A stretch of DNA of 53,855 nt. Source: an uncultured archaeon (lineage in GTDB: Archaea > Nanobdellota > Nanobdellia > Pacearchaeales > GW2011-AR1). This document shows, piece by piece, positions 9,100-19,126 of this stretch. The DNA is taken from contig CAKZRD010000024.1 in the NCBI GenBank assembly GCA_937143345.1, forward strand, positions 1 through 53,855, written 5' to 3'. Every line of letters starts with the position of its first letter. Positions within the stretch are counted from its first letter, which is position 1. A program made the position numbers and the translations under genes. The notes below the pieces were generated by a model, which made no database searches, was not told where the DNA came from, and saw only the letters and a list, made by a program, of their open reading frames with translations.

Positions 9100-9804
9100 A
9101 TGGCAGAAAATGAAAAGTGGCTTCTTTGCCCTCTACAAGATGAGAATGTAACAGAACTAGTTCTACCTAGAAGAAATGTTGCATATTTAAGAAAAATCAG
9201 CAAATCCGTGCTAGAAACTACAGGATTACTCTATGGTGTTGTTAAAGGAGAGTCTTTATATTTTTTAGAAGGTACTGTTCTTGGAGTTGGAAGCCCAACC
9301 AGATGCGAATTTGATCCGGCTTATAGAAAATTTCATGATGGGTTTATAAAAAGAGCTTACGAGGTTCAACCAGTTTTAGTTTCAATACTCTACCAATAAT
9401 CATCCAGCCTTAACTATCCAAGCTTATCATGTCGAAACAATAAGAGCCATCCAAGAAGATTTGCAGAATGGAATATATGATTTTCTAAAAGATTATGGCA
9501 TTCAACCGAACTTAGAAGAATCCCTAAAAGAAAAAGGTAGAAATTTATCTGGAGCAGATATTACTACTACTTTAGGCAGATGCGATGTTTTAATCTCAGA
9601 TACAGCAAGATTGGGAGAAGATTTTTCGCACATAAATGCGTAAAAATTAACACAAATGAAATTGATGAAACTGAAAGGGTAATCCCTTTAAACCTATTTA
9701 AGATTGTTCCATTGTCAGCAAAATCTCCCTGAGAGTATGTAGGGGTTATTAGAGAATGTGCTAGGTTAAAAGCGATCTACGATGCCTTAAGAACAGAGTT
9801 TTGA
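9100..9804 (+). pseudogene. Decayed gene, possibly JAB/MPN-like, split over three frames
   Basis: ORFs 9100-9399 and 9461-9643 and a third-frame continuation (KINTNEIDETERVIPLNLFKIVPLSAKSP*EYVGVIRECARLKAIYDALRTEF*) read as one coding region. It is broken by two frameshifts and an in-frame TGA. LETTGLLYGVV resembles the N-terminal JAB motif. G+C looks higher than the flanks by eye. Confidence 0.45.
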
Positions 9805-9977
9805 GGAAGGAAAAAATTGTTTATTTTTTTAAGTGATTTTTCAGAGTTTAGTGAAATGGCGAATAAACTAAATTATATTAATCATTTCTACCCCAATTTA
9901 TGTAACAATTCATTTAATTAAAAAAATATATCTTCTGCTCTATAAATTCTTTTAAAACAAAATGCTTTTTCCTAATC

Positions 9978-11387
9978 ATGATAAAAGTAAGACATAATTG
10001 CGGAATCGCAGTAGCCCACACATTGCATGATGCTTATTCTTTCATAAAATCTTTACAACATCGAGGAAGAGAAGCTTGTGGAATTGCTGCAGTTGGAAAT
10101 TCTATTGATGTTATTAAATGGGTAGGAAATGTTTCCAAGGTTGACCTTGTTGATTTACATAAAATTCTTCCTGCACAAAATTATCAAATGTTTTTAGCTC
10201 ATGTTCGTTACGCAACAAAAGGTAGGGAAGACAGAATTTTACAAGATGCTCATCCACATACTATCGGAGGAAAAGAAATCATCAAAAAAGATCATATAAT
10301 TATAAAAAACTGTAATGCTGCTATAATTCATAATGGACAAGTAGACGCAAAGACATTTTGCAACAAAAACAAAGAAGAATGTGATACAAAAAATATTTTG
10401 AATTTTTATTGGGAAAATGAAAGTCATGAAGTGATTCATAAAATTCCTGGTTCCTATACTTTAGCAATAGCGGACAAAAGAAAGAAAGAAATTATTGTAA
10501 TCCGAGATAGGTATGGTGTCCGACCGGGAGTTCTAGGTTGGAAAGACGGAAAATATTGTGTTGTTTCTGAAGATATCGCTTTAAAAGAAAATGGTGCAAA
10601 ATTTATAGAAGAATTAAGACCTGGCTCGATATATTATCTTTCTTTCGACGGTAGTTTTAGAAGAAGTGATATTTTAAAACCTACACCAAAGCATTGTTTT
10701 TTCGAATGGAATTATATCTCAGATGTTGATTCATTTTTGAATGGGGTTAGTTCAAGAAGATTAAGGGAAGAGTTAGGAAAAGAACTTGCAAAAGAATTCA
10801 ATTTAAAAGAAGTAGATTTAATCACCTTTCTGCCACGTTGTCCCGAGGTTGCCGCAAGAAGTTATGTGAAAGCATTAGGAATGGAATATAAATTCTCCCC
10901 AATATTTTATAAATTACGAGGAGAAAGATCTTTTCAAGGAACAACACAGAATGACAGACAAAATTCAATAAATTCTAATTTGCATATTCTTCCGGGATTT
11001 CAAGATTCTTTAAAAGACAAAAGAGTTGTTTTGATAGATGATAGCACCATTAGGGGAACAAACTCTAATAGAGCAAAGGAACTCTTAATCTCAGCAGGAG
11101 TTAAGGAAATAATTCTACTCAATTACACTCCGAAGATAGGAGTCATAGGAAAAGACGGAAAAAAGAGGGGTTGCTTATTTGGTGTAGACATACCTCCAGG
11201 AGATAATTTCGTTGTTTTAACCTCGGACAAGAAAAGAAACAGAACTGATAAAGAGATTTCAAAAGAACTTGGTTTGAAAATTGGTTTTCTTTCTATCGAA
11301 GGAATGTTCAGAGCATTTGAAAGAGTAGGAATTAAAAGAGAACACTTATGCTATTTTTGTATTGGTGGTAAGCATCCATTTGAATAA
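9978..11387 (+). CDS. purF: Amidophosphoribosyltransferase-like protein (class II glutamine amidotransferase plus PRTase)
   Basis: 469 aa, collinear with PurF. Matching segments are NCGIAV after a short propeptide, LQHRGREACGI, AHVRYATKG, IHNGQV, DKRVVLIDDSTIRGTN and a C-terminal CYFCIGGKHP. Confidence 0.7.
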   Translation: MIKVRHNCGIAVAHTLHDAYSFIKSLQHRGREACGIAAVGNSIDVIKWVGNVSKVDLVDLHKILPAQNYQMFLAHVRYATKGREDRILQDAHPHTIGGKEIIKKDHIIIKNCNAAIIHNGQVDAKTFCNKNKEECDTKNILNFYWENESHEVIHKIPGSYTLAIADKRKKEIIVIRDRYGVRPGVLGWKDGKYCVVSEDIALKENGAKFIEELRPGSIYYLSFDGSFRRSDILKPTPKHCFFEWNYISDVDSFLNGVSSRRLREELGKELAKEFNLKEVDLITFLPRCPEVAARSYVKALGMEYKFSPIFYKLRGERSFQGTTQNDRQNSINSNLHILPGFQDSLKDKRVVLIDDSTIRGTNSNRAKELLISAGVKEIILLNYTPKIGVIGKDGKKRGCLFGVDIPPGDNFVVLTSDKKRNRTDKEISKELGLKIGFLSIEGMFRAFERVGIKREHLCYFCIGGKHPFE

Positions 11388-11573
11388 GATTTAAATTTCC
11401 TTCCAGTCATCTTACAACCTTCAAAATTAAACAAAATATAGTTTTGTAAAATTTTTAAACCTATTTTCTTTTGTATAAGTATGAATAAAACAAGAATTTA
11501 AACCCTAAGAACTTATTTTCTCTTAATTCGTCCTTATTAGTTTTTTATACTTTTTGCGATTATTTTTTCATTT

Positions 11574-13249
11574 TTGAGTGATGTAAGACAATTTTTAGAA
11601 AGATTTTTGTTGAAAATAGGAATAGACAGGGCGACAGAATATTTGGGAAGAAAAATTTCTCTAAATTTTTTAATGGAAAATTTTGGAATTCTTTTGACTA
11701 TTTTTTTCGTAACTGTCTTATTTTCAGCAATTTTTTCTTTTATAGAAATTCATTTAATTAACAAAATAGAAGTAAACGCTACTGCAGATTTAAAAAGAAA
11801 ATATTTTTCCCATTTGATAAATCTTGATTATGAATTTTTTACAAAACACAGAACTGGCTTATTTGTTTCTTGTCTTAGTAGGGACGCCGCTGCAATTGAA
11901 AAAGTGACTGATTCTTTGTTTTTTGAATTTTTTTCTTTAATAATATAACTTTTAATAGCTTTTTTCTCGATTCTTTATTTAGGAAAAACTTTCTCATTTA
12001 TTTTAATAATCTTTACAATTGTTTTTTTAACTTATAGTTTTATTCTTCAAAAAAAAGTTAATCTTTATCATGAAGAGGCAAACAAAAAAGAAGATATTGA
12101 AAAAGGGAATATGGCAGATTTCTTTACAAACATCTATTCCATAAAATATTACGAGAAAGAAGACTTTGTAAAAAACAGATTTTTCAATTTAACAGCAGAA
12201 ACAAAAAAAGCTCAAATAAAATCTTAGAATATGTGAAGATATGTTTCAAGCGGCCAGTTGATAATTCTTTCATTGTGGTCTTTTTTTATTGTTTATTTTT
12301 CTTTTAAAAAATTTCTAAATGGGCAAATAAGCATCTGTGATTTAACTTTCTTTATACAACCTTTTGATGTTTATAAATCCTTTATTTAGTTTCGTTTTTA
12401 ATGTGAGAAATCTTATGCGAGGCCTTATAAACTTAGAAGAACTATTTGAATACGGAAAAATAAATTCAAAAATAGCTAATAACATCGGAGCAAAAGAATT
12501 CAAAATAAAAAGAGGAGAAGTTGCTTTTAAAAAAGTTTCTTTTGGTTATGATGAAAAAAGAAAAATCTTTGAAGATTTTAATCTAAAAATTCCTGCATGG
12601 AAAAAAGTTGCTCTTGTAGGACATTCTGGTTCTGGAAAAACAACCTTAATCAAACTTCTTTATAGATTTTATGATGTCCAAGACTGAAAAATTTTAGTCG
12701 ATGGTCAAAATATAAGAGATATAAGGCAAGAATCTTTAAGAAAAGAAATGGCAATAGTTCCACAAGAATGTGTTCTATTCGATGATAGCATTTTTAATAA
12801 TATTAAATTTTCAAAACCGGACGCAACAAACGAAGAAGTCTGTAAAGCTATAAAATTCGCTAAGCTTGATAAATTTATAGAAAATCTTCCTCAAAAAGAA
12901 AACACAATCGTCGGAGAGATGGGAATTAAACTTTCTGGAGGAGAAAAGAAAAGAGGTTTCTATTGCAAGAGCAATTTTAACAAATAAAAAAATTTTAATT
13001 TTGGATGAAGCAACTTCTTCTCTTGATTCAGAAACTAAGAAAGAAATTCAAGAAGAGATTAAAGAATTAACAAAAAGAAGAACAACAATCATTATCGCTT
13101 ACAAACTTTCTACAATTATGAGTGCGGACATTATTGTTGTTTTAAAGAAAGGAAAAATTGTCCAAATAGGAAAACACAAAGTTTTAATAAATATGAATGA
13201 AGAATATTCTAATTTATGGAGATTACAAAAAGGAGGTTACATTAAATGA
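11574..13249 (+). pseudogene. ABC exporter (TMD-NBD half-transporter, Atm1/MsbA-like), decayed
   Basis: Four track ORFs plus unlisted stretches form one collinear ABC exporter. In-frame stops are TAA at 11946, TAG and TGA near 12225-12235, and TGA at 12685 (the codon after YDVQD). Frameshifts occur near 12360 and inside LSGGEKKR/VSIARAIL near 12955. Walker A (GHSGSGKTT), signature (LSGGEKKR) and Walker B (ILILDEATS) are recognisable. Confidence 0.8.
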
Positions 13250-14115
13250 TAAAAAATGATTTAAAACTTATAGAAAAAAACCTTTCTAAAAAAGAAGAAA
13301 AAAGATTGATAATGCTTGCTCCTTCTTTTTTAACAGATTTTTTTTATCCAGAAATTATATGCCAACTGAGCAACCTTGGTTTTGATGTTATAGTTGAAAT
13401 AACTTTCGGAGCAAAAATGGTTAACCGAGAATATCACCGCCTTTTAAAAGAAAGAAACAAAGAATTGTGGATTTCTTCTACTTGCCCAGGTATTGTAGAA
13501 GGAATAAAAAGAAATGAAAGTTTAAAAGTTTTTGAAAAAAATTTGGCTCCGATAGATTCCCCTATGAAAGCCATGGCAAAAGTTTGTAAAAAACATTATC
13601 CTTTCTATAAAATTTTTTTTCTTTCCCCTTGCCATATGAAAAAAATAGAAGCGGAAAAAATTGAAGAAATAGATTTTGTTATTGATTATCAACAAATGAA
13701 AGAGTTTTTCAAAAAACATAATATTTCTTCTTGCTCAACGAAAAGAAAATTTGACAGATTTTATAATGATTACACAAAAATATATCCTCTTTCTGGAGGT
13801 TTAACAAAAACAGCGCATTTAAAAGGCATTATTAAAAAAAGAGAAGTAATAATAAAAGATGGTTGGGAAAAAGTTAAAAAAATTCTTTATAAACTTAAAA
13901 AAAACCCTGAAAAATATAAAAAAATAAAATTTTTAGATGTTACTTTTTGCAATGGCGGTTGTATCGGAGGCCATTGTACAAATCAAAATATATCTATCCG
14001 AAAAAAGAAAAACCTTGTAAAAGAATATAAAAAATTATCTTTAAAGGAAGCAATTCCTGAAGATAGAATTGGTCTTATAAAAAAAGCTGAAGGGATAAAG
14101 TTTGCATACTTCTAA
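13246..14115 (+). CDS. Minimal [FeFe]-hydrogenase H-cluster-domain-like protein (HydA/Nar1-like)
   Basis: 289 aa. SSTCPG matches L1 TSCCP with one Cys missing. SPCHMKKIE matches L2 PCxxKxxE. FCNGGCIGG matches L3 CxxGCxxGG. Confidence 0.6.
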   Translation: MIKNDLKLIEKNLSKKEEKRLIMLAPSFLTDFFYPEIICQLSNLGFDVIVEITFGAKMVNREYHRLLKERNKELWISSTCPGIVEGIKRNESLKVFEKNLAPIDSPMKAMAKVCKKHYPFYKIFFLSPCHMKKIEAEKIEEIDFVIDYQQMKEFFKKHNISSCSTKRKFDRFYNDYTKIYPLSGGLTKTAHLKGIIKKREVIIKDGWEKVKKILYKLKKNPEKYKKIKFLDVTFCNGGCIGGHCTNQNISIRKKKNLVKEYKKLSLKEAIPEDRIGLIKKAEGIKFAYF

Positions 14116-14203
14116 TTTTTTAAATTTATTCCGAAATCTTAAAATTAAGATAAAAAGCTGACAAAAAAATTATTCATAATTTCGTGCGATTATAAAAATA
14201 TTT

Positions 14204-15259
14204 TTATTTTTCTATCCATTGTATTTCAATAATCTCGTTTCCAAATACAGGTTGTTCTTCTACTCTTGCTATCTTTAAATCTGTTTTTTCATAAACCTCC
14301 GAAACATCTTCCATCTTAATTAAAATCCTTTTTCTTTCTTTGTCAAAAAAAATATTCTTGGTTATTCCTCTTATTTTTTTAATATTTTCTTTCGGATTTT
14401 CAAAAACAACAAAATAAACAACATTTCCATTTTTCAATCGTTTACCGAATGGAAGAATTTTTCTTCTTAAAAAACGATTTCTTAATTGGTATAAATCTTT
14501 TGTTTCCGCACTACAAAGATGAACTCTTAATTTTGTTTTCTTTTTCTCTAAATATTTCAAAATCTTTTTTCCTGTCTCCAGAGAATTTTTTATTGTGTAA
14601 GTGTCCTTATTTAATTTAAATTTATTTTCAATTTTTTTTTGATTCGTTTCTGAAATTTCAAATTCGTTTATATTAACAAATGAAATAAAATCCTCGATTT
14701 TTTGAATAAAACTTATTATAGCTTTTTCTTTATTTGGAAGACAAGGGAGCTCTATACCTATTTTTTTATTAAAAATCATCGAAGCTTTTTTTATTTTTTC
14801 TATTTCATCATTAATAACTTTTTCATCTTTTTTTAGAAAAATCGAAGGATGAAATCTAACTTCGTCAACATAAAAAGAAAGTTTTCTTAATTTTTTCTCT
14901 CTGACGAGATTCAATGGCAAATAAATATGAATATGAAATTTTTTACCAAAATTTTTTCTTAATTCTCTTAAAATTTTTAGTGTCTTATTCAAATTTATTA
15001 ATGGGTCTCCTCCAGTAACTCCAACTCCATTAGAATTACTCTCTTTTATTTCTTCGATAATTTCTTTAATTTTTTTGACTGGTCTCTCATTAATAAAAAT
15101 TTTATTTGTTTTTTTTCTAAAATCACTTAAAGAACAATACCAACAATTTCTTGAACACCTTCCACCTATAAACAAAACAGATTTTTCTCCCCGAACACAA
15201 AGCTTACAACCTTCAGAAATTCCATTTAGTGAATACGAAGAAAATTTTGTTTTTTTCAT
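14204..15259 (-). CDS. Radical SAM protein (PflA-related, COG2108-like)
   Basis: 351 aa. The CSRNCWYC sequence is a Cx3Cx2C motif, preceded by CKLC. Confidence 0.7.
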   Translation of the reverse strand: MKKTKFSSYSLNGISEGCKLCVRGEKSVLFIGGRCSRNCWYCSLSDFRKKTNKIFINERPVKKIKEIIEEIKESNSNGVGVTGGDPLINLNKTLKILRELRKNFGKKFHIHIYLPLNLVREKKLRKLSFYVDEVRFHPSIFLKKDEKVINDEIEKIKKASMIFNKKIGIELPCLPNKEKAIISFIQKIEDFISFVNINEFEISETNQKKIENKFKLNKDTYTIKNSLETGKKILKYLEKKKTKLRVHLCSAETKDLYQLRNRFLRRKILPFGKRLKNGNVVYFVVFENPKENIKKIRGITKNIFFDKERKRILIKMEDVSEVYEKTDLKIARVEEQPVFGNEIIEIQWIEK

Positions 15260-16047
15260 AAACCAAAAAGATCTGTCGCGTTTTTAAAAATTTTTTCTGC
15301 AACTTTTTCTTCTTCAATTTTCTTTATTTTTGCTATTTCTTTTATACTTATTTCAACATTCCAAGGATAATTTATTTCTCCTTTTACCGGGGATAAATAA
15401 GGTGAATCAGTTTCTGTAAGCAAATTCTCTAATGGAACAAGTTCGGCAATTATTTTAAAATGGTTCAACCTTACTAAAACCGGAGGTACAGTTAGAAACC
15501 ACCCATTCCTTACACACTTTTTTATTAAAGATTTTCTTCCATTAAAGCAATGCATCACAACCTTCTTCATCTTAAAATTTTCTAAGATTTCTATACACTC
15601 GAGTTCTGCTTTTCTTGAATGAATTATAACTGGTTTGCCAATTTCTTTCGCAAAATTTAAAATCTTCTCAAAAACTTCTTGTTGTTCTTTTTTATATTCT
15701 ACCGCAATCTGAAAATCCATTCCAATTTCACCTATAGCAACAAATTTTTCCTTATTTTCTTTAACAAAAAGCAATTCTTTCTCAACTGAAAAAGGTTTTA
15801 TTTCTCTTAAATCCTCGTCTCTTTTTATTCTAATTTTTTCTGCAATAGAGTCAAGAGGATAAAAACCTGCCGTCGCTTTAACAAACGGATATTTTTCGGA
15901 GATTTGAAGAACTTTTCTATTTGTTTCAAAGTTTACACCAGAAGAAATAACAACAACATTTTTTTCTTCGCATTTTTTCATGATACTCTCTAAATTTCTA
16001 AAAATTCTTTCATCATCTATATGGGAATGAACATCAATCATTTTCAT
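15256..16047 (-). CDS. tatD: TatD-family metal-dependent hydrolase
   Basis: 263 aa. MIDVHSHID, GEIGMDF and a final TDSPYL are present. Confidence 0.85.
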   Translation of the reverse strand: MKMIDVHSHIDDERIFRNLESIMKKCEEKNVVVISSGVNFETNRKVLQISEKYPFVKATAGFYPLDSIAEKIRIKRDEDLREIKPFSVEKELLFVKENKEKFVAIGEIGMDFQIAVEYKKEQQEVFEKILNFAKEIGKPVIIHSRKAELECIEILENFKMKKVVMHCFNGRKSLIKKCVRNGWFLTVPPVLVRLNHFKIIAELVPLENLLTETDSPYLSPVKGEINYPWNVEISIKEIAKIKKIEEEKVAEKIFKNATDLFGL

Positions 16048-16080
16048 AAAATTTATAAAACAGATAGGATTTAAAAAATT

Positions 16081-16308
16081 ATGGAAAAAATAATTATATT
16101 TTTTATATTGTCTATGCTTTCTGTCTTCTTTGGTTTAATCGGAAAAAAAATAACTTTTTTCGAAAAGAACATCTACAAAAATAAATTTTATTTTCCTTTA
16201 TTTATTTCTATTTTAACTATAACAAATGTTCTATTTCTTTTTATAAATTTAAAAATGTCGATTCTTTTTTTTTCATTTAGTTTAATTGCTTTATCATGGT
16301 ATCTTTAA
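16081..16308 (+). CDS. Small membrane protein
   Basis: 75 aa with two or three hydrophobic helices. No recognisable family. Confidence 0.35.
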   Translation: MEKIIIFFILSMLSVFFGLIGKKITFFEKNIYKNKFYFPLFISILTITNVLFLFINLKMSILFFSFSLIALSWYL

Positions 16309-16309
16309 A

Positions 16310-17023
16310 ATGGTATTTTATCTAATTGGCCTTGGACTTAATAAAGAATCTATCTCAATAGAAGCGAAGAAAGAGTTAGAAAAATGTGAGAAAGTTTATC
16401 TTGAAAAGTATACTGTAGACTTTCCTTATTCTTTAGATGAACTTGAAAAAGCATTAAACAAAAAAATGATCTTTCTGAAAAGAGAAGATGTTGAAAGCGA
16501 AATTTTTATTCTTGAAGCAAAAGAAAAAAATATTGCTCTTTTAGTTTATGGAGATCCATTCACAGCAACCACTCATTCACAATTAATTATCTTTTGCAAA
16601 AGTAAAAAAATTCCATTTAAAATATTTCACAATTCTTCAATAATGAATTCCGTTGGAGAAACTGGCTTGTCCCTTTACAAATTCGGAAAATCTTGCTCTA
16701 TCCCTAAATGGAGTGAAAATTATAAACCAACAAGTTTTATTAATTATTTAAAAGAAAATAAAAAAATTAAGGCACATAGTTTAATTATCGTCGATATAGA
16801 CATAACTTTTAAAGAAGCCATATTTGAATTAGAGGAAGCGTCCAAAAAAGAAAAATTTTCTCTTCCTAAAAAAATTTTAGTTGTTTCAAAAATTGGAACT
16901 GAAAAACAAAAAATAATTTATAAAAAAATAAGCGAAATAAAAAATGAGGAAATAGAAAAACCTTTTTCTTTAATTATTCCCTCGAAAATGCACTATCTTG
17001 AAAGAAAACTATTAAATCAATAA
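16310..17023 (+). CDS. dph5: Diphthine synthase
   Basis: MVFYLIGLGL...VYLEKYT...LVYGDPFTATTH is typical of Dph5. I place the start at ATG 16310 rather than the track's TTG at 16286. Confidence 0.85.
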   Translation: MVFYLIGLGLNKESISIEAKKELEKCEKVYLEKYTVDFPYSLDELEKALNKKMIFLKREDVESEIFILEAKEKNIALLVYGDPFTATTHSQLIIFCKSKKIPFKIFHNSSIMNSVGETGLSLYKFGKSCSIPKWSENYKPTSFINYLKENKKIKAHSLIIVDIDITFKEAIFELEEASKKEKFSLPKKILVVSKIGTEKQKIIYKKISEIKNEEIEKPFSLIIPSKMHYLERKLLNQ

Positions 17024-17403
17024 GGTATTAGGTATTCTTCTGGCATTGCTCCTTTAATTTTTTCTTCTAAAAATCTTTTTTCTTTTTCAGATAGATCACT
17101 TTCATTTACAGAAATTGCATTTCTTCTATTAACTACAACAACATCATAAATTCCTTGGATTCTTCTACCTTCTCTTTTCCATTCTTTATTACTGAATTTT
17201 GTTTCATCAAAAGAAGAAAAATCTCTTAGAGCGTATCTGACTCCATTAACATCATAAAATACAACAATTGGTACATCTTCTCTTTCATTGTTATAACCAC
17301 CATAGCCAACTTTTTCTAATTTAGAAATTTCTTTTCTACAACCACTTCCAACCCCAATAACCAAAGATGCTACAATACTTCTGATTATATTTTTTAATGC
17401 CAT
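17017..17403 (-). CDS. Putative lipoprotein or secreted protein
   Basis: 128 aa. The N-terminal hydrophobic segment ends in GVGSGC, which is lipobox-like. Confidence 0.4.
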   Translation of the reverse strand: MALKNIIRSIVASLVIGVGSGCRKEISKLEKVGYGGYNNEREDVPIVVFYDVNGVRYALRDFSSFDETKFSNKEWKREGRRIQGIYDVVVVNRRNAISVNESDLSEKEKRFLEEKIKGAMPEEYLIPY

Positions 17404-17506
17404 AAAATATTAATGAAAATAGGGTTTTTAAATCTTTCTATTTTGTTACTATTGTTAAAGGACAAAAAATACAAAGATTTATAAATGTAAAAATCATCGG
17501 AAATAA

Positions 17507-17920
17507 ATGGCAGATACTTTATCTTGGGACGATATAAATAAAATAAATGAGGGAAGAGTTAGACAAAGACATGAGGCTCTTTATAGAAAATTATTAGTTG
17601 GGGAAATTGACGAAAGTTATTTGTTGCGTTTAGCAGAAGCTTTCGATCTTTACGATCAATATAGGCAAATACTCCCAAGTAGAACTCGGGAAGAAATTTT
17701 AGAAATGTTAAGAAGAAAAGGTTTGTTAAAAAAGAACGAAGGTGTTTTATTAATGGAGGCCGCTTATAGGATAGTAAATCAAGATGAAAGATATGAAAAA
17801 TATGTGGCAAATAAAAAAGATGTTTCTGTTAGACAAACACAAGAAAAAAATGAAGATGAAAAAAGTAGGCCAAAACAAAGAGAAAATCCCGGACAACTAG
17901 AGCTCAATCTTGATATTTAA
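17507..17920 (+). CDS. Hypothetical protein upstream of ftsZ
   Basis: 137 aa, charged and helical. No family recognised. Confidence 0.4.
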   Translation: MADTLSWDDINKINEGRVRQRHEALYRKLLVGEIDESYLLRLAEAFDLYDQYRQILPSRTREEILEMLRRKGLLKKNEGVLLMEAAYRIVNQDERYEKYVANKKDVSVRQTQEKNEDEKSRPKQRENPGQLELNLDI

Positions 17921-18005
17921 ATCTTATTCTAAAAAACAATAGTATTTTTAAATAGAAGTTTCTTAAAAAAAATAAAATCTGAAAGGAGGTAAATAAAAAA
18001 ACGAG

Positions 18006-19082
18006 ATGGTATTAGATTTTGCAAAAGAGGCAATACAAAATGCAGATAAATATAGCATAAACTTCGACGAACTTAAAGCGGGAAAAGCAAATATAAAAGT
18101 TTTTGGTATGGGTGGTTGCGGTTCAAATATGGTAACTTGGCTTTTCAATAAAGGAATCAGTGGAGCAACAACTTACGCAATAAACACTGATGCATTACAC
18201 CTTTCTATTTCAAAAGCAGACGAAAAAATTCTTATAGGAAAAGAATTAACAAGAGGCCTCGGTTGCGGAGGATATCCTGCTAAGGGAAGAGAGGCAGCGA
18301 AAGAAGCTATCAGCGAGCTAAAAAAGGCTGTATCGGGTTCGGATATGGTTTTTGTTTTAGCTGGTATGGGTGGCGGAACTGGAACTGGCTCGATTCCTGT
18401 ACTTGCACAATTAGCAAAAGAAGCAGGAGCAGTAGTAATTGCAGTAGTTACAATGCCTTTTGAAGCAGAAAAAGCTAGAATTGACAAAGCAGAATTTGGT
18501 TTACAAGAATTAAGAGAAGTTGCTGATACTGTTATTGTCTTAGACAATAATAGGTTAGTTGATGTTGCAGGCCAATTACCTATGGAACAAGCTTTTGCAG
18601 TCGCAAATGAGCTCGTTTCAACAATGATAAAAGGTATTGTAGAAACAATAACATTGCCTTCTTTAATTAACCTTGACTACGCAGATGTCGCAGCAATAAT
18701 GAAAAATGGCGATGTTGCAGTTATAGGTATTGGAGAAGACAACTCAAGCTCTAGAGTAGATACTGCAGTACAACAAGCTTTAACACACCCTCTTTTAGAT
18801 GTAGATTACAGAGGAGCAACAGGTGCTTTAATTCACATAACTTGTGGCCCAGACATGAAATTAGAAGAGTTTGATAATATAGGAAGATTAGTAACAGAAA
18901 ATCTTTCTCCTGAGGCGCAAGTTATTATTGGAGCAAGAATTAACAAAGAGTTCCAAGGGAGAATAAGAGTTATTACAATTATGACCGGAGTTAAATCTCC
19001 TTATATTCTTGGAAAATCCGAATACGAAGAAAAATCTTCAAAATCCTCTGTAAATGACTTTGGTTTAGAAGATTTAAGTTAA
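18006..19082 (+). CDS. ftsZ: Cell division GTPase FtsZ
   Basis: 358 aa. GMGGCGSNMV and the tubulin signature GGGTGTGS are present. Confidence 0.95.
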   Translation: MVLDFAKEAIQNADKYSINFDELKAGKANIKVFGMGGCGSNMVTWLFNKGISGATTYAINTDALHLSISKADEKILIGKELTRGLGCGGYPAKGREAAKEAISELKKAVSGSDMVFVLAGMGGGTGTGSIPVLAQLAKEAGAVVIAVVTMPFEAEKARIDKAEFGLQELREVADTVIVLDNNRLVDVAGQLPMEQAFAVANELVSTMIKGIVETITLPSLINLDYADVAAIMKNGDVAVIGIGEDNSSSRVDTAVQQALTHPLLDVDYRGATGALIHITCGPDMKLEEFDNIGRLVTENLSPEAQVIIGARINKEFQGRIRVITIMTGVKSPYILGKSEYEEKSSKSSVNDFGLEDLS

Positions 19083-19093
19083 ACTCAAATAAT

Positions 19094-19116
19094 GCGCCGC
19101 TCATCGGCGCTTTTTT
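19094..19116 (+). terminator. GC-rich hairpin plus T-run downstream of ftsZ
   Basis: GCGCCG (19094-19099) pairs perfectly with CGGCGC (19105-19110) around a 5-nt loop. It is followed by TTTTTT. Confidence 0.55.
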
Positions 19117-19126
19117 CTTTTTTTAT

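Noticed and set aside
13246-15259. HydA-like gene and the adjacent radical SAM gene as a hydrogenase plus maturase pair.
   Set aside because: The genes are convergent rather than co-oriented. The radical SAM protein resembles the PflA-related COG2108 type, not HydE or HydG, which lack this architecture. No HydF-like GTPase is present.
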